NCBI GenBank assembly: GCA_946182825.1
Contig: CAMGZH010000003.1
Location: 14,051 to 78,050, forward strand
Origin: an uncultured Lachnospiraceae bacterium
GTDB lineage: Bacteria > Bacillota > Clostridia > Lachnospirales > Lachnospiraceae
Length of the DNA stretch: 64,000 nucleotides
Reading direction: 5' to 3'
Below, in pieces: positions 50,570 through 59,637 of the stretch. The first letter of the stretch is position 1. Every line of letters begins with the position of its first letter. The translations under genes were made by a program, and so were the position numbers. The notes beneath the pieces are model-generated. The model searched no databases. It had not been told where the DNA came from and was given only the letters and a program-made list of their open reading frames with translations.

Positions 50570-52027
50570 ATGAAATTAGGTTTTGACAATGACAAATACC
50601 TGTCCATGCAATCTGCTCACATTCGCGAGCGTATTGCCAAATTTGGTGACAAACTGTACTTAGAATTCGGTGGAAAGCTTTTTGATGACTACCATGCCAG
50701 TCGTGTTCTTCCAGGCTTTCAGCCTGATTCGAAAATGCAAATGCTCCTCCACTTGAAAGATCAGGCTGAAATTGTCATTGCAATCTCTGCCGGTGCCATT
50801 GCATCCAATAAGATCCGTGGAGATTTAGGTATCACCTATGATCAGGATGTTCTCCGTCTTATGGATATCTTCCAGGGACTTGGACTTTATGTCGGTTCTG
50901 TATGTATCACACAGTATCAGGGCGAGCCACAGGCGGATCGTTTCCGCGAGAAGCTTAAGAGTCTCGGCATCAATTCCTACGTTCTTCGTCGTATTGAAGA
51001 GTATCCGGAAAATGTTGAACTTATCATCTCCGAAGAAGGTTTTGGTAAGAATGACTACATCCAGACCAGTCGTCCTCTCGTCGTAGTAACAGCACCCGGT
51101 CCAGGTTCCGGCAAAATGGCTACCTGCCTCTCTCAGCTTTACCATGAGCACAAGCGTGGCGTAAATGCCGGTTATGCCAAATTTGAGACATTCCCGATCT
51201 GGAATTTACCGCTCAAGCATCCGGTGAACCTGGCTTATGAAGCTGCCACAGCGGATCTAAACGACGTTAACATGATCGATCCATTCCACCTGGAAGCTTA
51301 TAATGAGACAACTGTAAATTATAACCGCGACATCGAGATTTTCCCTGTCCTTAAGGCTATTTTTGAAGAAATCTACGGAGAGTGTCCATATCAGTCTCCT
51401 ACAGACATGGGTGTCAACATGGCAGGAAACTGCATCTTTGATGACGAAGCCACCAAAGCCGCTGCCTGTCAGGAAATTATCCGTCGATATTATACAGAAG
51501 CTGTGAATATCAAACGCGGAAAGGGAACACGTGAAGCCTTCCGCAAGATTGAACTCTTACTGAAGCAGGCCGGTGTCACTCCATCCGATCGTGAAGTGGT
51601 AAAGCATGCTAAGGTTCGTTCTGAAGCTCTTGGCACCAGTGCAGCTGCTATTGAACTTGATCACGGACAGATTGTAACCGGAAAGACCGGTGATCTTTTG
51701 TCTGCTTCTGCTGCTGTTCTGCTGAATGCTTTAAAGGTATTAGCTTCTATTCCACACGAGGATCACATCATCTCTCCGGAAGCCTTAGAGCCAATTTTAA
51801 AGCTTAAGACAGATTACCTTGGAAGCAGTGAGAAACACCTTCATTGCGATGAAGTATTAATTGCTTTATCCATCTCCTCTGCTCATTCCGAGGCTGCCAA
51901 GAAAGCATTGGAGCAACTTCCAAATCTCAAAAATTGCGATATGCATTCCACTGTAATGCTGACCGCCAATGATGAAGCTGTTCTTCGTGATCTGCATATA
52001 AGACTGACCCAGGATCCACATCAATAA
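50570..52027 (+). CDS. DUF1846 (UPF0371) family protein of unknown function
   Basis: Start at MKLGFDNDKYLSMQSAHIRERI, after AAGGAAGGA. 485 aa, with a UPF0371-like N-terminus, DDYHASRVLPGF. Confidence 0.8.
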   Translation: MKLGFDNDKYLSMQSAHIRERIAKFGDKLYLEFGGKLFDDYHASRVLPGFQPDSKMQMLLHLKDQAEIVIAISAGAIASNKIRGDLGITYDQDVLRLMDIFQGLGLYVGSVCITQYQGEPQADRFREKLKSLGINSYVLRRIEEYPENVELIISEEGFGKNDYIQTSRPLVVVTAPGPGSGKMATCLSQLYHEHKRGVNAGYAKFETFPIWNLPLKHPVNLAYEAATADLNDVNMIDPFHLEAYNETTVNYNRDIEIFPVLKAIFEEIYGECPYQSPTDMGVNMAGNCIFDDEATKAAACQEIIRRYYTEAVNIKRGKGTREAFRKIELLLKQAGVTPSDREVVKHAKVRSEALGTSAAAIELDHGQIVTGKTGDLLSASAAVLLNALKVLASIPHEDHIISPEALEPILKLKTDYLGSSEKHLHCDEVLIALSISSAHSEAAKKALEQLPNLKNCDMHSTVMLTANDEAVLRDLHIRLTQDPHQ

Positions 52028-52044
52028 TTTCACGAACAGAATAC

Positions 52045-52078
52045 AAAAAGCAGGAGAACCCATCTCCTGCTTCTTTTT
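52045..52078. terminator. Bidirectional terminator
   Basis: AAGCAGGAGA pairs with TCTCCTGCTT, flanked by AAAAA and TTCTTTTT. Confidence 0.75.
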
Positions 52079-52590
52079 ATTCCTTCATTTTTCCCTTTTC
52101 CAGGTAGTAGACTTTATCACATAAGATTTCTAAATCCTCTTTCATATGAGAAGATAATATGATCAGTTTTCCCTCCTCCTTATACTTTTGCAGAAGACTA
52201 CGGATCTCTTCTACCCCATCCGCATCCAGTCCATTAAAAGGCTCATCCAAAACCAGAAGATCCGGATCTTCCATAATAGCCTGGGCAATCCCAAGACGCT
52301 GACGCATACCAAGGCTGTACTTTCCTACCGCCTTTTTAAGCTTTGGATCCAGCCCTACCATCTGAATGGTATCGCAGATCTTCCCCGATCCTCCTGTCAT
52401 CCACTCGCACCTGCCCATCGGTAGGTCTGATAAAACCGCAGATACACTTCATCAGCATGGTCTTACCGGAACCGTTTCGCCCTGCAAAACCATAGATATG
52501 CCCGCTTTCCATGTGAAGCGTTATCTCCTCCAAAATATGTTCCTTATCAATCACAAGTCCCAGATTCTCAACGGCAACTTCCATGTTCAT
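52077..52590 (-). pseudogene. ABC transporter ATP-binding gene disrupted by an internal out-of-frame deletion
   Basis: Two overlapping ORFs cover it. 52336-52590 carries Walker A GRNGSGKT, and 52077-52418 carries the signature YSLGMRQRLG and Walker B LLVLDEP. Walker A and the signature are only about 52 codons apart, against about 90 normally. The junction is near 52371-52383. Confidence 0.7.
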
Positions 52591-53428
52591 CCTCCATTCC
52601 GTACGAATACGTTCTGATCAGCCCCCATTGCCAATAGATCAAAACCCCAATAACAAAAGCAAAATACAGATAGGTTGCCTCCATGGAAAAAACCATCTTC
52701 CGGAAGTATTCCGTATAATGAAGCCATACCACAGAATGTGCCATAGGGAAAGCCCACATCACAGGTGTCTTAGCAGAACACAAGGCACTGCCAACGATCA
52801 CAATGCCGCCACACAGAAAGGTGCCCATAATATGCCTGCGATAAAGACTGGCCGTTAGGAGCACCAAAAGCAGAATATACAAATACAGTCCCAGAAACAG
52901 ATAGGTTTCTAAAAGCGCCTTTGGAAGACTCATCTGATAATATAACCGGGTAGGGAAAAGAGAACGTACATAACCTCCTGCATCCTTGTTTTCACGAAAA
53001 AAAGCCTCAAAAAACCGGCTCCAACTCATTTTCCAACGGGTCTTCCCTAATAAAGGGATCATGACCATTAAGAAGAACAGAGCCTGATACGCAAGGGTCA
53101 AAAAGATCCCCTGTATGTACTGGCTGATCAGCCAGTTTCGCCTTCCAATCCGAACAATAGAAAAGAAACTGTTACTGTACCTCGAAGGATAATCCGATAC
53201 CATCACCAGAAACAGAAGGGGCAGAATCAGCATCACAAGACCGCTGGATCCGACAGCAATAACAGGCTCAAAGATACTCATCTTCGCCTTTCCCTCCTCT
53301 GCAATAGAAAGCAAGGGCGCTGACACTGTCTGATAAACAAAGATCCCGCTAATTAAAAACAATATCATCTTGGGATCAATGATCCATCGGATAAACTCAC
53401 ACCAGGCAAAGGAAAGGGAACCCCGCAA
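52568..53428 (-). CDS. Polytopic membrane protein, probable ABC-2-type permease
   Basis: 286 aa from a TTG start, with 6-7 hydrophobic segments. It overlaps the ATPase pseudogene by 23 nt. It may be the 3' part of a frameshifted longer gene. Confidence 0.55.
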   Translation of the reverse strand: MRGSLSFAWCEFIRWIIDPKMILFLISGIFVYQTVSAPLLSIAEEGKAKMSIFEPVIAVGSSGLVMLILPLLFLVMVSDYPSRYSNSFFSIVRIGRRNWLISQYIQGIFLTLAYQALFFLMVMIPLLGKTRWKMSWSRFFEAFFRENKDAGGYVRSLFPTRLYYQMSLPKALLETYLFLGLYLYILLLVLLTASLYRRHIMGTFLCGGIVIVGSALCSAKTPVMWAFPMAHSVVWLHYTEYFRKMVFSMEATYLYFAFVIGVLIYWQWGLIRTYSYGMEDEHGSCR

Positions 53429-53660
53429 AGAGATCCTGTAAATACGTATAGACGCCCATATGACCTGTCGTGATCAAGGTCACCAAAGAATCTTCTGTCG
53501 GAAGTTTCCTTTCACTGAACAGTGCTTCCCAGATGTTTTTCATGGAATAGCCCTTGCTATCCTTTGGTAAAAATCCCTGTGTCCCCATCAGTATCGCTGT
53601 AACAACACTTCCGAGCCAAAAAGATAGAGACCTTAGCATTTCCTTTAATTCACTCTTCAA
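53397..53660 (-). pseudogene. N-terminal fragment of an ABC-2-type permease: either a truncated gene or the 5' part of a frameshifted gene continuing in 52568-53428
   Basis: (L)KSELKEMLRSLSFWLGSVVTAILMGT is a typical ABC-2 permease N-terminus. The frame closes after about 88 codons and overlaps the next ORF by 32 nt around the CCCTTTCCTTTG run. Confidence 0.45.
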
Positions 53661-54786
53661 TAAATTGTGTCCGGTTGTTAACAAATAGCACCTCCCCACT
53701 CTGTGCGTTTACATAGCCCACAATCTCACCATTAGGTGTGGCATCTAAATAGATTGCCCAATAGGGGGATACAACATACTCGTTTCCTTCTTTCAAATCA
53801 TCACGAATAGCCCCCTCGTCCAATTGTTTTCTTTCCTTATCTGTCAATTGCGACATATATTCCATTCTGATTGAGCTGACATCATACTTCTTATGCCCTG
53901 ACAGTTTTTTTGAAAATAACTTTACAGCATCGACCGCAGAAATAATTTTTTTAACACGTATCAGTTTTTTAGCTTTTAATGACATTCCCTCTAACGATAT
54001 CATTTCTCCATTTTTCGAATCATCTACAAATGAAGCTGCGCAATAAAACCAGGATAGATATTTTTCCCCACACAATACATCGACAAAAGGGATTCCCTTG
54101 TAGTTCATTTGAAAATGTAGGTTCTTTATCGTCTTTCCATCTTGCTGCTTTGTAACCGTATACACATGGGGGGACAGTGTTATATCAAATGTCCTTCCGG
54201 TATTATGAAGCAAGGTATTGACCTTTCCTGTCAGCTTTTCTACATCTTCTTTTTCTTTTCTTCCCACTTTGCCATTCAGATCAAACATTTTGTCAGGCAG
54301 GCTATTATTAAAGGCTTGCATGTCATAATTGCGAATACAGGAAAAAAAGGCTGATCTGGAATATGACATTGTTATATCATTTACTTCATAGTCACATCCG
54401 GCTGGTCTGTATTTTGTGTTATACGGTCTAAAAAACTTCCTGTCGTACTTTATCTTTATTTCCTTCGCCTGCTTCTTAAAATAACTTTCCGCCTTTTCTT
54501 TTACAACAGACTCCGTATCCGGCAGATAAAATGTCCCTTTATACAATGTGGGCAGCGATGGGATCGCACTGACATTGGTCAAATCAAGATTATCAAATTT
54601 AAGCGAATTCAAGTCCCCTTTGGTCGCCTCTCCTAAGGTCATCAATGCAAGAGGAGGCGCTTTATGCGCCCCCTGATGAAACCCCAGATATGCAATCCCG
54701 CCACAACCGATTGCAAGAATTGCCACTAGAATGATGAACTTTTTCACAGAAGCATCGCTCTTATTCTTATAACTGGCTATGAACAA
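53650..54786 (-). CDS. Uncharacterised putative lipoprotein or membrane-anchored protein with a PepSY-like C-terminal segment
   Basis: N-terminal KKFIILVAILAIGCGG (signal and lipobox-like). C-terminal EYVVSPYWAIYLDATPNGEIVGYVNAQSGEVLFV. Possible starts are TTG at 54786 (GGAGA 9 nt upstream) or GTG at 54747. The region is visibly AT-rich. Confidence 0.65.
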   Translation of the reverse strand: MFIASYKNKSDASVKKFIILVAILAIGCGGIAYLGFHQGAHKAPPLALMTLGEATKGDLNSLKFDNLDLTNVSAIPSLPTLYKGTFYLPDTESVVKEKAESYFKKQAKEIKIKYDRKFFRPYNTKYRPAGCDYEVNDITMSYSRSAFFSCIRNYDMQAFNNSLPDKMFDLNGKVGRKEKEDVEKLTGKVNTLLHNTGRTFDITLSPHVYTVTKQQDGKTIKNLHFQMNYKGIPFVDVLCGEKYLSWFYCAASFVDDSKNGEMISLEGMSLKAKKLIRVKKIISAVDAVKLFSKKLSGHKKYDVSSIRMEYMSQLTDKERKQLDEGAIRDDLKEGNEYVVSPYWAIYLDATPNGEIVGYVNAQSGEVLFVNNRTQFIEE

Positions 54787-54934
54787 ATATCACATCTCCA
54801 TTCTCTGCATCTACATACCCAACAACTGCGTTATCATTCGATACATCCATATATATCGTCCAATATGGTTTCACAACATACTCGCCGCCTTCAACAAGGC
54901 TATTATACACATATCCTATCACTTTTATCTGTTT
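54767..54934 (-). pseudogene. 5'-truncated remnant of a tandem paralogue of the downstream lipoprotein gene
   Basis: An open frame of 55 codons with no ATG start. EYVVKPYWTIYMDVSNDNAVVGYVDAENGDVIFV matches the C-terminus of the 53650-54786 product at about 19 of 37 positions. Confidence 0.6.
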
Positions 54935-55012
54935 TTAAACAAAAATTTTACACTTTATTGTGCAAAATTCATTATACAACTTTGATCCAATTCTCCTAAT
55001 CAAACCCTTCCC

Positions 55013-55049
55013 AAAAAATCAAACCCCCACTGCCTTACGGCAGTGGGGG
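55013..55049 (-). terminator. Rho-independent terminator after pyrG
   Basis: CCCCCACTGCC pairs with GGCAGTGGGGG, followed on the minus strand by TTTGATTTTTT. Confidence 0.85.
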
Positions 55050-55057
55050 TTATTTCA

Positions 55058-56671
55058 TTATGCTTCGCTTCTTTCAACAGCGGCTCTTATAAATTCTCTG
55101 AACAAAGGATGCGCCTTGTTCGGACGGGACTTGAACTCCGGATGGAACTGAACGCCCACATGGAAGCGGTTCTTCGGCTCTTCCACCGCCTCGACGATGG
55201 AATCATCCGGAGAAGTTCCGGCAATCTTGAGGCCAGCCTGTTCCAGATCCTGACGGTATTTATTGTTGAACTCGAATCTGTGACGATGACGCTCGGAGAT
55301 CTCTCCCTGACCGTAGGCCTTCTCCATCATGGTACCGGAAATCACCTTACAGGGATATGCTCCAAGACGCATGGTGCCGCCCTTTCTTACCACACGCATC
55401 TGCTCTTCCATCAGATCGATCACCAGGTTCTTGCCGTTCTCGTTGAACTCACGACTGTTGGCATCCTTAAGGCCTAACACATCCCTTGCATACTCGATTA
55501 CAGCGATCTGCATACCAAGACAGATACCAAAGTAAGGAATGTTGTTCTCTCTTGCATAGCGACAGGCCTGAATCTTACCTTCAATACCACGGTCACCAAA
55601 ACCACCCGGAACGATGATACCATCTGCATCTTTCAGGATCTCGGCTGCATTATCCGCTGTGATCTCCTCAGAATCGATCCAGAGAACCTCAACAGCTGCA
55701 TCGTTCTCATAGCCTCCGTGATATAAGGACTCACGAACAGACAAGTATGCATCATGAAGGGCTACGTACTTACCAACCAGAGCAATGGTGGTCTTCTTCT
55801 TCGGATGGTGGATACGGGAAACAAGATTCTTCCACTCCGTCAGATCCACTTCCTTATCCGTAAGACCAAGTTCACGGCATACAACCATATCAAGACCGTT
55901 GTCGTGAAGCATCAGAGGTGCCTCATACAGGGATGACATCGTAGTATTTTCAATAACACAATCCTTTTTTACATTACAGAAAAGAGCGATCTTATCCTTG
56001 ATACTCTGTTCCAGTGGCTCATTTGCACGGGCAACAATAATATCCGGATTGATACCGATGGAACGCAGCTCCTTAACCGAATGCTGGGTTGGCTTACTCT
56101 TATGCTCATTACTTCCTGCAAGGAATGGAACTAAGGTTACATGTATATACAGGCAGTTCTCACGACCGACTTCGAGTCCAACCTGACGAATAGCCTCAAG
56201 GAACGGCTGAGACTCAATGTCACCAATGGTTCCACCGATTTCTGTGATCAAAACATCCGCATCGGAACTTTCTGCACCCATGAAGATAAAGTGCTTAATC
56301 TCCTCTGTAATATGCGGAATGACCTGAACCGTCTCACCCAAGTACTCACCCTTACGCTCACGGTTTAATACATTCCAGTAGACCTTACCGGAAGTAAGAT
56401 TAGAATACTGGTTGAGATTTTCATCGATAAATCTCTCATAATGGCCAAGATCAAGGTCTGTCTCCGCTCCATCATCTGTTACAAACACCTCACCATGCTG
56501 ATAAGGGCTCATAGTACCCGGATCAACATTCATGTACGGATCCAGCTTCTGGGATGCAACCTTGTAACCTCTGTTCTTAAGAAGTCTTCCAAGGGATGCT
56601 GCTGTGATACCCTTTCCAAGTCCTGATACTACGCCTCCGGTCACGAACACAAACTTTGTATTCTTTGCCAT
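55058..56671 (-). CDS. pyrG: CTP synthase
   Basis: 537 aa with the N-terminus [17 protein letters not shown] and the GATase motif GICLGMQ. Confidence 0.97.
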   Translation of the reverse strand: MAKNTKFVFVTGGVVSGLGKGITAASLGRLLKNRGYKVASQKLDPYMNVDPGTMSPYQHGEVFVTDDGAETDLDLGHYERFIDENLNQYSNLTSGKVYWNVLNRERKGEYLGETVQVIPHITEEIKHFIFMGAESSDADVLITEIGGTIGDIESQPFLEAIRQVGLEVGRENCLYIHVTLVPFLAGSNEHKSKPTQHSVKELRSIGINPDIIVARANEPLEQSIKDKIALFCNVKKDCVIENTTMSSLYEAPLMLHDNGLDMVVCRELGLTDKEVDLTEWKNLVSRIHHPKKKTTIALVGKYVALHDAYLSVRESLYHGGYENDAAVEVLWIDSEEITADNAAEILKDADGIIVPGGFGDRGIEGKIQACRYARENNIPYFGICLGMQIAVIEYARDVLGLKDANSREFNENGKNLVIDLMEEQMRVVRKGGTMRLGAYPCKVISGTMMEKAYGQGEISERHRHRFEFNNKYRQDLEQAGLKIAGTSPDDSIVEAVEEPKNRFHVGVQFHPEFKSRPNKAHPLFREFIRAAVERSEA

Positions 56672-56692
56672 ATTAGTTCCTTCCTTTCCTGA

Positions 56693-57271
56693 CTAATCCT
56701 GATAAAAATCTATAATTTCTTCTGCTACCTGACCTTTTGGAACCCTCCGGTCCATAGCAGTTTTTTCTATGTAATGATGCGCCTCGGGTTCTGTCATCTG
56801 TTTCTCCTGCATCAAAAGACTCTTGGCCTTGGACACAAGACGCATCTCATCCAGCTTCTTCTGAAGCTTTTGTATGGTCCGGTTCGCCATGGCAATACGG
56901 TTCTGCGCTGCTTCCGCAAAACTGAGGGCTCCCCAGAACATATTCTTACTGATGGGTTTACTGACACAGATGATACCTGACTTCTCCACCCGACTGGTCA
57001 TATCATCCATATACTCTGCTTTTACGAAAAAAATCACCTGACAGCTGTTGCTGGCTGCAATCTCTTCTGCCAGTTCCGCTCCACTCTCTCCTCTGATCGG
57101 GCCATTTACGATCACCACTTCCGGCGACAGATCCGAAAGAGCCCGAAGTCCGTCGGAGGGTGTAGCGGCCAGATGAATCGATGTTAATCCAAATTCCCCA
57201 AGGAAGTCCTCAAAGAACTTCATAGCCTTGGGAGAATCACTGATAATCAGTCCACTCTCCATCCAAGCCAC
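56693..57271 (-). CDS. ANTAR-domain RNA-binding regulator with an N-terminal (pseudo-)receiver domain
   Basis: The C-terminal KAKSLLMQEKQMTEPEAHHYIEKTAMDRRVPKGQVAEEII is an ANTAR domain. The receiver-like N-terminus has VVIVNGP where receivers carry the phospho-accepting Asp. Confidence 0.85.
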   Translation of the reverse strand: MAWMESGLIISDSPKAMKFFEDFLGEFGLTSIHLAATPSDGLRALSDLSPEVVIVNGPIRGESGAELAEEIAASNSCQVIFFVKAEYMDDMTSRVEKSGIICVSKPISKNMFWGALSFAEAAQNRIAMANRTIQKLQKKLDEMRLVSKAKSLLMQEKQMTEPEAHHYIEKTAMDRRVPKGQVAEEIIDFYQD

Positions 57272-57291
57272 CTCCTTTCTTTAATCGATCA

Positions 57292-58542
57292 CTACAGTAC
57301 ATCCTTTTCGATTAAATCCAGGAAATGGGTCGCGATCCGGCGGCGATCCTCGTCCCCATTCAAAAATTCTGAGCTTCTGGCACAGTCAATGGCCTCTGCA
57401 AGCGAAAGAGGCAGCTTATCATAGTGCTTACCATTCTCCACCTCATGTTCTGCAACGGCCTCTAACGGCTGGGGAAGTTCTTCCTTATTTTCAACACCCA
57501 TAAGTCCTGCCTCGATCACCATAGCAAATGCAAGGTAGGGATTCATCATGGAATCCGGTGAACGAAGGATAAATCCTTCCTGCTTGCCATGGTTCATAGG
57601 CACACGGAAAAGACGGGACTGGTTCTCATAGGACCAGGTAATATACTTTGGCGCCTCATTCTCACCGAAACGAAGATAAGAATCCTTCTGTGTATTAAGG
57701 AAAACGGTGATATCTCTCATACGGTTATAAATACCTGCCATGAAAGAACGAACGATTTCCGGACGATCCTCCGTCAGATTCTCCGCCGCGGAATAAAGCG
57801 CCATACGAAGGTGAAGTCCGTTACCGGGCTTACCCTCTAACGGCTTTGGCTCAAAGGACGCGCTAAGCCCATTCCTTGCCGCCATGGTACTTACCACATT
57901 CTTATAGGTCATAAAATGATCCGCAGAATCCAGTGCATTGGCTGACTTGAAATCGATCTCATTCTGTCCGGGACCAGCCTCATGATGACTGGACTTAGGA
58001 CCTACTCCCATATCCGCAAGAGAAAGACAGATCTCCCGTCGAATATTCTCCGCCGCATCCAGTGGAGCCACATCAAAATAGGATCCCTGATCCATGGGCT
58101 CCCTCGTCGGACGTCCATCTTCATCATTGCGGAACAGATAAAACTCACTTCGGAGCCCTACCCGACAGTTAAATCCAAGCTTTTTACATTTCTTAATGGC
58201 AGATCGAAGGAATGTCCTTGAATCATAGGGGAAGGGATTTCCGTTCTGATCCACCACATCACAGTAGAAGCGCACAACGCCTCCGGTCTGTGGTCTCCAG
58301 GGCAGGATGGACAAAGTCCTTGGATCCGGAACCAGAAACAGATCCCGTAACACCGGATCATCATATCCGCTGACACGGAATGCATCAAAGCCGATCCCCT
58401 CATCAAACGCTTCCTCCAACATATCCGGCTGAATGGAAATATTTTTATGATTTCCGAACAGATCGGAAAAAGCCAGTCGAATAAAACGAACATCGTTTTC
58501 CTCAATGTATTCCAATGCCTCTTCCTTTGTATAAATCGCCAT
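57292..58542 (-). CDS. glnA: Glutamine synthetase (type I family)
   Basis: Start at MAIYTKEEALEYIEENDVRFIRLAFSDLFG, after GGGAGGAAGG, followed by the GS beta-grasp and catalytic domains. Confidence 0.9.
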   Translation of the reverse strand: MAIYTKEEALEYIEENDVRFIRLAFSDLFGNHKNISIQPDMLEEAFDEGIGFDAFRVSGYDDPVLRDLFLVPDPRTLSILPWRPQTGGVVRFYCDVVDQNGNPFPYDSRTFLRSAIKKCKKLGFNCRVGLRSEFYLFRNDEDGRPTREPMDQGSYFDVAPLDAAENIRREICLSLADMGVGPKSSHHEAGPGQNEIDFKSANALDSADHFMTYKNVVSTMAARNGLSASFEPKPLEGKPGNGLHLRMALYSAAENLTEDRPEIVRSFMAGIYNRMRDITVFLNTQKDSYLRFGENEAPKYITWSYENQSRLFRVPMNHGKQEGFILRSPDSMMNPYLAFAMVIEAGLMGVENKEELPQPLEAVAEHEVENGKHYDKLPLSLAEAIDCARSSEFLNGDEDRRRIATHFLDLIEKDVL

Positions 58543-58571
58543 AACCTTCCTCCCTTGCCGGCTCAAAACGA

Positions 58572-58644
58572 ATGCAACAACAAAAGGGAGTCTATCAGCA
58601 AGGCTTCACCTCAAAAAAAGGTGAAGCCGCCTCAAGACTCCCTT
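58572..58644 (-). promoter_or_regulatory. Intrinsic terminator (attenuator) in the glnA leader, a probable ANTAR antitermination target
   Basis: On the minus strand AAGGGAGTCT pairs with AGACTCCCTT as the outer stem and GGCTTCACC with GGTGAAGCC as the inner stem. TTTTGTTGTTG follows, about 40 nt before the ATG. A small hairpin GAC-AAGGGA-GTC overlaps the 5' arm. Confidence 0.6.
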
Positions 58645-58759
58645 GTCCAGTTTCTATTAATTCGATTGTCTCCTCCTGCGAGACGAAATTTATCAATAAC
58701 ACGGAACTATATTACTACGATTCGAAACAGTTGTAAAGGAAAATATTACTATGCTTTTA

Positions 58760-58810
58760 CAAAAAATATAAGGGCCCTTTTCCGGCGACGCATACCGGAA
58801 AAAGGCCCTT
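58760..58810 (-). terminator. Rho-independent terminator after tpiA
   Basis: AAGGGCCCTTTTCCGG pairs with CCGGAAAAAGGCCCTT, followed on the minus strand by ATATTTTTT. Confidence 0.85.
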
Positions 58811-58875
58811 TGATCTCGTGTTACAAATACCTCCCCTGTTAAGGCATTAAAGATCTATATCGGAACGTAAAACAA

Positions 58876-59622
58876 TTAAGCGTTTACGATCTGACCGAAG
58901 TCTGGCTTAAGAGAAGCTCCACCGATGAGTCCACCATCGATGTTTGGCTTGCTAAGAAGCTCCGCAGCATTACCTGCATTCATAGATCCGCCGTACTGAA
59001 TACGAACAGCCTCAGCTGTTGCATCATCATAAAGCTTAGCGATCAGCTCACGGATAAATCCACAAACCTCTTCTGCCTGATCAGCTGTAGCTGTCTCACC
59101 TGTACCAATAGCCCAGATTGGCTCGTAAGCGATAACAAGATTCTTAACCTGATCAGCTGTTACACCGGACAGATCCCATGTGATCTGTCTCTCGATCCAC
59201 TCCTTATATGTGCCAGCCTTACGAAGAGCAAGGGACTCACCACAGCAAAGGATTGGAGAAAGACCTGCAGCAAATGCCTTCTTAACCTTAGCATTGATCA
59301 TGATATCGTTCTCACCGAAGATATCTCTTCTCTCAGAATGACCCATGATAACATACTTAACACCGGCATCAACAAGCATTGGAGCAGAAATCTCACCTGT
59401 GAATGCACCCTTATCCTCTGTGTAGAAGTTCTCAGCACCTACTGCTACGTTTGTGCCCTTAACTGCCTCTACAACAGGAACGATGTCGATCGCTGGTACG
59501 CAGTAAACAACATCTACATCATCATTATTAACTAATGGCTTTAAAGTCTCAACTAACTTAACTGCCTCACTTGGAACCATGTTCATCTTCCAGTTACCGG
59601 CAATGATTCTTCTTCTTGACAT
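58876..59622 (-). CDS. tpiA: Triose-phosphate isomerase
   Basis: 248 aa with [14 protein letters not shown] and [11 protein letters not shown]. Confidence 0.97.
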   Translation of the reverse strand: MSRRRIIAGNWKMNMVPSEAVKLVETLKPLVNNDDVDVVYCVPAIDIVPVVEAVKGTNVAVGAENFYTEDKGAFTGEISAPMLVDAGVKYVIMGHSERRDIFGENDIMINAKVKKAFAAGLSPILCCGESLALRKAGTYKEWIERQITWDLSGVTADQVKNLVIAYEPIWAIGTGETATADQAEEVCGFIRELIAKLYDDATAEAVRIQYGGSMNAGNAAELLSKPNIDGGLIGGASLKPDFGQIVNA

Positions 59623-59637
59623 AACAATCTCCTTTAA

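Noticed and set aside
52077-52590. Treating 52336-52590 and 52077-52418 as two genuine small genes.
   Set aside because: One ORF carries only Walker A, and the other only the signature and Walker B. Together they make one ABC ATPase lacking a middle block, so a disrupted single gene is the simpler reading.
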